This document shows positions 25,244 through 31,870 of a stretch of 31,870 nucleotides of DNA, piece by piece (the first letter of the stretch is position 1; the number at the start of each line of letters is the position of its first letter). The DNA is taken from IMG/VR virus record IMGVR_UViG_3300011336_000294, positions 1 to 31,870 of that record, one strand, 5' to 3'. This stretch comes from a virus. Taxonomy: Duplodnaviria > Caudoviricetes. A program made the position numbers and the translations under genes. Under the pieces are notes generated by a model. It saw only the letters and a list, made by a program, of their open reading frames with translations, was not told the origin of the DNA and did no database searches.

Positions 25244-25753
25244 ATGAATAAAATACAAGAAGCAGACATTTGCCCCTGTTGCAATCGTCCATACGACTTA
25301 CAGGATTCCCCTGTAAGCACCAAGAAGGCATCCAGCAAAGACTTTGAAGAGTTCTGGTTAGCCTACCCAAAGAAGACAGCTAAACCTTATTGCAGGGATA
25401 TATGGATGCGTAAGAAGCTGTCCATTGAGGATGTTCTACCAGCACTAAAGAAGTCTATTGCTTCACTAGATTGGCAGAAGGATGGAGGGAAGTTTATCCC
25501 TAACCCTAGCACTTGGCTAAACCAAGGACGCTACGAGGATGAAGGCATGGACTTTAAGGCTCTAAAGACCACAAAGCCTACGATCACCTCTCGCCTTGGA
25601 GTAAATGAGCAGGAGGCATTTGAGTGGCGTTGTTGGGTATACCCAGAGTCAATGCTAGTCAATCCAACTTGGAATACATTCCCCTTCTCTAATTGGCCTA
25701 AGTCCATTCAGCAGGAGTATCTAAACAGCATTACAAACAAAAAAAGTGAATGA
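25244..25753 (+). CDS. Protein with phage replication-initiator C-terminal-like domain
   Basis: FEEFWLAYPKK...W...FIPNPSTWLNQGRYED. Confidence 0.65.
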   Translation: MNKIQEADICPCCNRPYDLQDSPVSTKKASSKDFEEFWLAYPKKTAKPYCRDIWMRKKLSIEDVLPALKKSIASLDWQKDGGKFIPNPSTWLNQGRYEDEGMDFKALKTTKPTITSRLGVNEQEAFEWRCWVYPESMLVNPTWNTFPFSNWPKSIQQEYLNSITNKKSE

Positions 25754-26507
25754 GCTACACCTATTTGCAGGAGCAGGAGGGGGGATCTTGGGAGGAATGC
25801 TCCTCGGACACACCACAGTTTGTGCTGTGGAAATTGAACCATATTGCAGAAAAGTTCTCCTGCAACGTCAACGAGACAACATCCTCCCAAAGTTCCCAAT
25901 CTGGGATGACGTTACCACCTTTGACGGAACACCCTGGAGAGGAAAAGTTGATATCGTTTGCGGAGGATTCCCATGCCCCGATTTCTCAAATGCCAACCAA
26001 AGCAAAACAAGAATGTCTGGAATTGATGGAGAACGAGGTGGATTGTGGACTGAAATGTTTAGGATTGTTTGCGAAATTCGACCAAGAATCGTATTCGTGG
26101 AAAATGTGCCAAACCTTCTTAAACTTGGGCTTGGAATCGTCTTGGGAGACTTGGCCTCAATCGGGTATAATGCGAAATGGTGCGTGTTGGGAAGCAAGGA
26201 TTGTGGAGGAGTTCATAAGCGTAACAGATTATGGATTCTCGCTGTTAACGCCGATAGCATCGGACTACAAAAGAAACAATCTGTCTTTTCCAATGTGGGA
26301 AAGAAGAATCAAAACAAAGAAAAGCCCTGGGACACTTCCAGAGCAATTAGCTTGGATGGGGTTAAAGGGTATGTTGAATCCCACATTAGCGGAAAAGATG
26401 ATAAGATTCCCTATAGCATGGACAGATTTAAAGCCGTTGGTAACGCTCAAGATCCAAGAGTGGCGGCAACTTCATTCCGAATTCTTTCAGAACTACTAAC
26501 CAAATAA
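25746..26507 (+). CDS. DNA (cytosine-5) methyltransferase, large polypeptide (motifs I-VIII and X)
   Basis: LFAGAGG (I), GGFPC (IV), ENVP (VI), HKRNR (VIII), GNAQ (X). Confidence 0.92.
   Translation: MNELHLFAGAGGGILGGMLLGHTTVCAVEIEPYCRKVLLQRQRDNILPKFPIWDDVTTFDGTPWRGKVDIVCGGFPCPDFSNANQSKTRMSGIDGERGGLWTEMFRIVCEIRPRIVFVENVPNLLKLGLGIVLGDLASIGYNAKWCVLGSKDCGGVHKRNRLWILAVNADSIGLQKKQSVFSNVGKKNQNKEKPWDTSRAISLDGVKGYVESHISGKDDKIPYSMDRFKAVGNAQDPRVAATSFRILSELLTK
25750..26499 (+). CDS. Nested alternative-frame ORF, probable second methyltransferase polypeptide (TRD and motif IX); start uncertain
   Basis: 249 open codons in +1 frame; LLTPIASD and LNPTLAEKMIRFPIAWT. Confidence 0.65.
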   Translation: MSYTYLQEQEGGSWEECSSDTPQFVLWKLNHIAEKFSCNVNETTSSQSSQSGMTLPPLTEHPGEEKLISFAEDSHAPISQMPTKAKQECLELMENEVDCGLKCLGLFAKFDQESYSWKMCQTFLNLGLESSWETWPQSGIMRNGACWEARIVEEFISVTDYGFSLLTPIASDYKRNNLSFPMWERRIKTKKSPGTLPEQLAWMGLKGMLNPTLAEKMIRFPIAWTDLKPLVTLKIQEWRQLHSEFFQNY

Positions 26508-26515
26508 CCACGCAT

Positions 26516-26722
26516 ATGAGCATAGAAATAGACACAAACAAATTCAAAGAATATCCAGAGATTCAAAAGTTATTGCATGGAATAATGCATGATAACAAGC
26601 GTCTTGCAAAACGAGTTGGTTATCTTGAGGGAGTATTAAGTGAAATAATTATGTTTAATGCTTTAGGAAAGACACTAAAAATTAATGAGGCTATTCATGC
26701 CGCAATCGACATTACAGAATGA
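26516..26722 (+). CDS. Hypothetical protein
   Basis: 68 aa after aaccacgcatATG. Confidence 0.65.
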   Translation: MSIEIDTNKFKEYPEIQKLLHGIMHDNKRLAKRVGYLEGVLSEIIMFNALGKTLKINEAIHAAIDITE

Positions 26723-26928
26723 GTGAAGACATTAAACACTTTGTAGAGGCGTTTCTTATTGAGCAAGCAAGGCCAGAGCAAACCATCCAAGAGAAGCTGG
26801 ATCGTTCTAACAATGAACGTGATCGGGCAATAGCAATCTGCGATGCGATAATGAATTGGGAAAACCCTGCTGATGCCAGAAAGACATCCAAGGATTTATC
26901 GCAACTAAAGAAGGACATAGCCCAATGA
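26719..26928 (+). CDS. Hypothetical protein
   Basis: 69 aa, ATGA overlaps. Confidence 0.65.
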   Translation: MSEDIKHFVEAFLIEQARPEQTIQEKLDRSNNERDRAIAICDAIMNWENPADARKTSKDLSQLKKDIAQ

Positions 26929-27113
26929 CTGATATATCTAAATGCAATTACGATCTTTGTCCTTCCAGCAATAAATGTTGGAGGTACTTGTCGCCAGCAG
27001 ATCCACACTGGCAAGCCTACGCAGCATTTAATCCAGACGGAAAAGAGAAGTGCGAATACTTCATGGATGCAACCGAACATCTAAAACATAAGAAAAATGA
27101 AATCCTGCATTGA
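26925..27113 (+). CDS. Small Cys-rich phage protein (DISKC....CP....C.RY...C.YF)
   Basis: Recognisable Cys pattern. Confidence 0.7.
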   Translation: MTDISKCNYDLCPSSNKCWRYLSPADPHWQAYAAFNPDGKEKCEYFMDATEHLKHKKNEILH

Positions 27114-27390
27114 CCACATATTAAAAGAGATTGGACTAGAGACTCCTGATCTTGCTCCGCTTAATAAGCGTGAGGCATTTGAAATGGGTTTAATCAAAGG
27201 ACAAGAAAAGCCTAAGAAATGCGAGGGATGCGGCAAGTCTGCTTTCACTTCTGCTTCCAAATGCGACTCTGCTATCAAGCATAGGCTACAGCAGGGTTTC
27301 GGGGGTACTGGTATGCTACGAGCCTACGAATGCGACATCATTAAAGGCAATTGGCATATGTCATCTGTAAACAATAAGAAAAAACTATGA
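27097..27390 (+). CDS. Hypothetical Cys/His protein
   Basis: 97 aa; CGKSAF...RAYEC....WHMSS. Confidence 0.7.
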   Translation: MKSCIDHILKEIGLETPDLAPLNKREAFEMGLIKGQEKPKKCEGCGKSAFTSASKCDSAIKHRLQQGFGGTGMLRAYECDIIKGNWHMSSVNNKKKL

Positions 27391-27602
27391 ACCTATTACA
27401 ATCCGCAATCTTTGCTGGCGTAACAGCAACACAACCTATTGTGCCTAATACTTACTACGTTGCTAATTTAAGCGAAACAGATGGATCTAAATGTGGTGAA
27501 TACATAAGCATTACCCCAATGCCTGTTTATAACAACGTACAACTTCCTGTATCATATAACGTTACACAGCCAACCATTTCATTAGATGTCACAGAAGAGT
27601 AA
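27387..27602 (+). CDS. Hypothetical protein
   Basis: 71 aa, ATGA overlap. Confidence 0.55.
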   Translation: MNLLQSAIFAGVTATQPIVPNTYYVANLSETDGSKCGEYISITPMPVYNNVQLPVSYNVTQPTISLDVTEE

Positions 27603-27801
27603 GCAACCTAAAACCAAAGCAGGATTGTCTAAATACCGCTACGGAGTTACAGCAAAGTATCCTAAAGGCCAAGCATATGACCCCTCCCAATGCGGATGGG
27701 TTGTGCATCAAGCAAAATCGGATATGAGTTGGCAATGCAGTAGAAAGAACGGCTATGGGATGCATGGACTTTGGTGTAGTAATCATGCTACAAGTGTTTA
27801 A
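27586..27801 (+). CDS. Small C-C-C-H zinc-finger-like protein
   Basis: QC...QCSRKNGYG..GLWCSNH. Confidence 0.65.
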   Translation: MSQKSKQPKTKAGLSKYRYGVTAKYPKGQAYDPSQCGWVVHQAKSDMSWQCSRKNGYGMHGLWCSNHATSV

Positions 27802-27803
27802 AT

Positions 27804-28490
27804 ATGAACCAATACAGAGTAACTCGTGTTAACGAGAAAATGATTTGCCTTACGGATGATCAGAACCTTGTTCCAGAAGCAATCAAGTATGGAACAATTT
27901 GCTTGGAGCATTCCATTGCCAATCTTCCAGAAGTAGTATCCCTTAAAGCTGGAGATGTAGTTATTGATGTTGGAGGATTCATTGGAGATACAGCACTTAT
28001 CTTTGCAAAGAACGGAGCAAAGGTTATTGCCTTTGAGCCACAGGAGGATGCCTATTTCTGCATGGAGTATAATACCAAGGACTATCCCAAGATAGTTGTA
28101 GAAAACTCTGCTGTTGGAAACGGAGCATCTGTTTCCACGAATCAAGATCCCTTGAATGGCAACCCTGGAACTAGGACAGTTAAGGCAGACATAGTAGGAA
28201 AACCTTCTGTTCGACTTGATGACTACTTTGCTACATACAAGTCTATTGATCTAATCAAGATTGATTGCGAGGGATACGAGCCTCCAGTAATCGTTGGTGC
28301 AAAGGAGATTATAAAGAAGCACAAGCCTGTAATCCTTTGTGAAGTGTATCCAGAAATGCTTCAAAGAGCAGGATATTCTAAAGCAGACATTTATAATCCC
28401 TTGGTAGAGCTAGGGTATAAGATCGTTACCTCAATTGGAGAAGAGGATTCTGTGCGTTGGGATATTACCGCTACGTTTTCAGCTTTGTGA
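27804..28490 (+). CDS. FkbM-family SAM-dependent methyltransferase
   Basis: IDVGGFIG, AFEP, IKIDCEGYE, PVILCE. Confidence 0.9.
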   Translation: MNQYRVTRVNEKMICLTDDQNLVPEAIKYGTICLEHSIANLPEVVSLKAGDVVIDVGGFIGDTALIFAKNGAKVIAFEPQEDAYFCMEYNTKDYPKIVVENSAVGNGASVSTNQDPLNGNPGTRTVKADIVGKPSVRLDDYFATYKSIDLIKIDCEGYEPPVIVGAKEIIKKHKPVILCEVYPEMLQRAGYSKADIYNPLVELGYKIVTSIGEEDSVRWDITATFSAL

Positions 28491-30003
28491 AATCTGGACG
28501 TTTGAATTTTCCCTCGTAGTTTAGGGTTTCTATTTCCAGCAACGGCATCCTGCGTTCCTGCAACCATTGCCTTGCTAATAAGCAGTTCCTTAGATTACTA
28601 GGGTCACGATTAATATTCTGTGGGTCTTCCCATCCAGAGGGATGCCTCTCATGGTAGATCGCATTCTCTATCTCCCTACCTCCTGCCAACTTAAATAGCT
28701 CTCGCATAATCCTATCCCATGAATGCCTACCAAGGATCATATCAGGGAATAGCTCATGGTTTTTTCTCCACCACCCTATGCTCATGGCGAAGAAATCACA
28801 CCCTGCATACTTGTGTCCTTTGGCTATGTCATCATCTGGAATGGTAGCATCTAGTCTGTCAAAATCATTACGATAGGCATATGCAGGGAGGATTCCCCTT
28901 ATCCTTTGTGTCACGTTTGTAGCCACACAAGTATCGGTATTTGTAAGGAGTAAAACATCTGTATCAGCCCTGCCAACACAGGCTAAACGCAACATCTCTT
29001 TAATCATTGGGATACGTTTCGTTTCATCTGGAACCATTTCGGATGCTGTTCTTACAAAGCAGTTATCATCCATGCCACAATCAACCCACCCGATACCCTC
29101 CCAAGATTTTGCGGCTATTGCATTACGTCTCTTCTCGTCTCCTGTAGCCCAAGGGGTACGTTGATATACATGGATGATATTCTTATACTCCGCTTTTACA
29201 GGAGGTTTTCTGATTAGATCAAGTATCCTAGTAAGATCCCTTGGAAAATTCCTGTAGCGTGTATAGGAAGCGTAGAATGGTCTCCAAGCTGTTCCATGCC
29301 AGAGGCTGGGAGAATCTGTTGCAATCGCATGAATAGGCTTTTCTGTGGCATATGAGAGGTGCAATGGGCCGCTATCGGTCAAGATCATTGCCGCAGTATT
29401 CGGATGATCCATTATTCCTAGTAAATCAAAGAACTTTTCGGCCTTTACCTTACTCAGATCAATCACATGAAATTCTGGCACAGAGTGATTTAACACCTCC
29501 CAAAGCAAATCGTTGTAAGGAAATGGTGAAGAATTTCCTCCAGAACTAACCACGATCCAAGGCTTCAGAGTCGGGATATACTTGTATAGCCTCTTCTCTC
29601 TTTTCTTATCACGCTTATCAAATACCAACTTTGGTTGTTTAGGCCACAATTCTAGATTGCCAGCAAGCCTCCACGCATCTTGTTGAAAACTATCGCATAT
29701 AATCTTTGGAGCATGAGCATCACCATAGACCTGACTGACTACAACATCTGGTATGCCGACAACTTGACTTGCAACTACTTCCGATCCTATCCCTTTGGCG
29801 AACTTCAATGCTCCTGTAATATCCTCAAACTTACCTTGGTATACTATAGGCTCTACATACGAAACACCCTCTAGAATGTCTGCATAATCCCTAGATATGA
29901 TCAGCCTTGGCTTTTGCCCTGTCTCATCATACTCGTTTTTGAGAACAGGGAGAAACGCACAGACATCTCCATATCTACCTAAATTAAGATGCGTTCTTGC
30001 CAT
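28471..30003 (-). CDS. Two-domain glycosyltransferase: GT9 (GT-B)-like N-terminus plus GT-A-like C-terminus
   Basis: RYGDV and TDSGPLHL (GT9-like signatures); LLTNTD, WD and YHERH in the second half. Confidence 0.65.
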   Translation of the reverse strand: MARTHLNLGRYGDVCAFLPVLKNEYDETGQKPRLIISRDYADILEGVSYVEPIVYQGKFEDITGALKFAKGIGSEVVASQVVGIPDVVVSQVYGDAHAPKIICDSFQQDAWRLAGNLELWPKQPKLVFDKRDKKREKRLYKYIPTLKPWIVVSSGGNSSPFPYNDLLWEVLNHSVPEFHVIDLSKVKAEKFFDLLGIMDHPNTAAMILTDSGPLHLSYATEKPIHAIATDSPSLWHGTAWRPFYASYTRYRNFPRDLTRILDLIRKPPVKAEYKNIIHVYQRTPWATGDEKRRNAIAAKSWEGIGWVDCGMDDNCFVRTASEMVPDETKRIPMIKEMLRLACVGRADTDVLLLTNTDTCVATNVTQRIRGILPAYAYRNDFDRLDATIPDDDIAKGHKYAGCDFFAMSIGWWRKNHELFPDMILGRHSWDRIMRELFKLAGGREIENAIYHERHPSGWEDPQNINRDPSNLRNCLLARQWLQERRMPLLEIETLNYEGKFKRPDFTKLKT

Positions 30004-30334
30004 TCGCCCTTACAAATTCGGAATGGAAATGACTTACCAAGTTTGCGGCATGAACTGCCAATGTACGCACGCGAACATCTCCACCCTTTTCAGCCAACAT
30101 TTCTGGACTTAACTCTCCAGAAGAAGCAAGCCCTGTTAGAATAGCACACCATGCCGCAGACTTGTCCAATCCTGATACAAGATCAGCTTTGGGTATCATC
30201 GGAATAGGTCTTGCTAAACTTGGTTCTTGGTTGCTCTGTGGCAGGAGGGAGGACTTTGAGTTCAAAGCCTTCTTCCTTCGTTGGTACTTCCGCTTCTGCT
30301 TCAGTGGTTTCTGTGGTTGCTGTGTCGTTTCCAT
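29984..30334 (-). CDS. Hypothetical protein with basic N-terminus
   Basis: 116 aa; overlaps the 3' part of the upstream ORF. Confidence 0.55.
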   Translation of the reverse strand: METTQQPQKPLKQKRKYQRRKKALNSKSSLLPQSNQEPSLARPIPMIPKADLVSGLDKSAAWCAILTGLASSGELSPEMLAEKGGDVRVRTLAVHAANLVSHFHSEFVRANGKNAS

Positions 30335-30548
30335 TGTTTTCTAGTGGTGGAAGTTGTCCGTGTTGTTGTGCATAACGGAAAGTTTCGACCATGAAATAGT
30401 TCCTTTGCTCAAGTAAAGCTAGAACAACGGCCTGGTAGAATGACACTTCTGGCATCTTCTTCTCTTCACCTTGCTGGCGAATCTGCTTGAGAACTGGATC
30501 TTCCTCAAATGAAGATTTAAGGGATGGCGGTAGAATATATCGTTTCAT
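30183..30548 (-). CDS. Hypothetical protein with acidic tail
   Basis: 121 aa after gcaaccacaattATG. Confidence 0.65.
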   Translation of the reverse strand: MKRYILPPSLKSSFEEDPVLKQIRQQGEEKKMPEVSFYQAVVLALLEQRNYFMVETFRYAQQHGQLPPLENNGNDTATTETTEAEAEVPTKEEGFELKVLPPATEQPRTKFSKTYSDDTQS

Positions 30549-30607
30549 AATTGTGGTTGCTAAAGTGAAGATGAACTATGCGGAATTACCGAATAGTTGG
30601 CAAGGGC

Positions 30608-31870
30608 TTATTTTGCGTAGAATGGCTTGCTTTTTTTAGATTGGGAACTTTTCTGGTAAAACGGCTTTGAAGACTTGGAACTTGCTTTCGATTTAAGCGA
30701 CTTCTCGTACTCTTCAATATCGGCAGGAGTTTCAAGCCTTGTTCCCAAGAATGCGGCAGAACTAGCCTTAACAGCGGCAGGAAGCACTTCCTTCTGAGTT
30801 GCCGCTTCAGAGATCGGGATTGGAGCAAATTGCTCTTGAATAAGCTCACGCCAAGTAAGTTTCCTACGTCCACGATCTGGTTGTTCCTTTGACCAAGGAA
30901 CAGTATTACCGACATAATCCTTGCCAGTTGACGCAACGATAATATCCCTGGTAATTGGGCTAAATCCACTCCTCAAGTAAGTATAGATTGCATCCTTCAT
31001 GGCTTGCTCCCTCCCACCCTTTGCCTTCTGCCATCTGGATAGCTCACCAAATACGGCATTATACTCTTGTGCAACCAATCTGATTATTCTGGTAAATGCT
31101 CCAATAGTTGCTAGATCGTAACCAAATCCCTTATACGCAAGCCAATCACGCTTCTTTGGATCAAGGAAGTTAATGCTTTGGTTGCTTCCTGTAATGGATA
31201 GCAATGCTTGGTTTGCAAGCAATGTGCCTGTCATAACGCCTAAGAACTTGGCTTTGTTCTTTGCCTCATAGATGGCACTCGACCTTTCTTCTGGAGTTAC
31301 TTTAAGGAATGGATTCGCCATTTTCCCAAAAGTACCAAGCATACGGATGGGATCTTGGATCAGCCACTTGAAACGACTTGCAATAAGTTTAGGAGCAAAG
31401 AAAAGGATTTTGGTTATAGGGCTTTGAAGTATTCCAGCAGAACTCCTACCTCCCTTGGTGAATCCTGTAGCGTTGTTGATTGCGTTGGCATACATCTCTG
31501 CCATCTCTGGAGTCCTTTGGGTAACACTCAACTGCTCCCATGCCTGATCAAACATATCTTGACGCAAGTGGAATAGAGCATCAAATCCACGACCTCCGCT
31601 AATTGTATCCAATGCTTTGGCAAGAACAGAGTCACTCCTAGCTGGAGTTGCCCCCTCTCTTCTAATCTCTCTAGGATCATTCTCAAGCCCACCCTTTCGT
31701 GCAACGATCCAGCTTGGGCGATTAATTAAATCTTTGTTATCTACAATGTTTTGAACACGACCATTCTTTCCAGTAAAGCTATAAGACAAACCCTTGAGCC
31801 ATGCCTTTAATGCTAGTTTTGGATTAGTGTAAAGTGTTTGTGGGGCGTGAGTTCCAATGAATGCAGTTCC
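30608..31870 (-). CDS. C-terminal part of a large protein, probably internal virion/DNA-ejection protein (5' end outside the window)
   Basis: Frame is open from 31870 to stop at 30608; helical, with hydrophobic segments; function inferred from podovirus-like context. Confidence 0.6.
   Translation of the reverse strand, partial: GTAFIGTHAPQTLYTNPKLALKAWLKGLSYSFTGKNGRVQNIVDNKDLINRPSWIVARKGGLENDPREIRREGATPARSDSVLAKALDTISGGRGFDALFHLRQDMFDQAWEQLSVTQRTPEMAEMYANAINNATGFTKGGRSSAGILQSPITKILFFAPKLIASRFKWLIQDPIRMLGTFGKMANPFLKVTPEERSSAIYEAKNKAKFLGVMTGTLLANQALLSITGSNQSINFLDPKKRDWLAYKGFGYDLATIGAFTRIIRLVAQEYNAVFGELSRWQKAKGGREQAMKDAIYTYLRSGFSPITRDIIVASTGKDYVGNTVPWSKEQPDRGRRKLTWRELIQEQFAPIPISEAATQKEVLPAAVKASSAAFLGTRLETPADIEEYEKSLKSKASSKSSKPFYQKSSQSKKSKPFYAK

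Noticed and set aside
1-31870. Alternative genetic code
   Set aside because: Long genes are intact under the standard code, all three stops end genes, and both tRNAs have sense anticodons.

Overview
About 32 kb of a tailed dsDNA phage genome (Caudoviricetes, probably podovirus-like). The minus-strand head module (portal, scaffold, major capsid) is at 1-6743. A plus-strand block carries the terminase large subunit, a metallophosphoesterase and a tRNA cluster (6797-12540). A DUF5856-like gene and terminase small subunit follow on the minus strand. A long plus-strand early/recombination region (14148-28490) has many small genes, a RecT-like annealase, a PD-(D/E)XK nuclease, an SSB, a C5 methyltransferase and an FkbM methyltransferase. 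The end of a minus-strand operon (glycosyltransferase, truncated large protein) closes the window. I saw no polymerase, integrase, CRISPR array or reverse transcriptase. Most striking: (1) an old tRNA-Gln gene split by a cassette that brings an HNH endonuclease plus a complete replacement tRNA-Gln; (2) an array of six translationally coupled genes built from variable modules joined at two recurring boxes (MTTDTPRT and AEVERL), which also holds nearly all the restriction-type sites absent from the rest of the window; (3) two hairpins with exactly complementary 6-nt loops after terL; (4) a C5 methyltransferase whose motif IX is in a nested second reading frame. All calls come from manual reading and motif recognition; no searches or folding were run.
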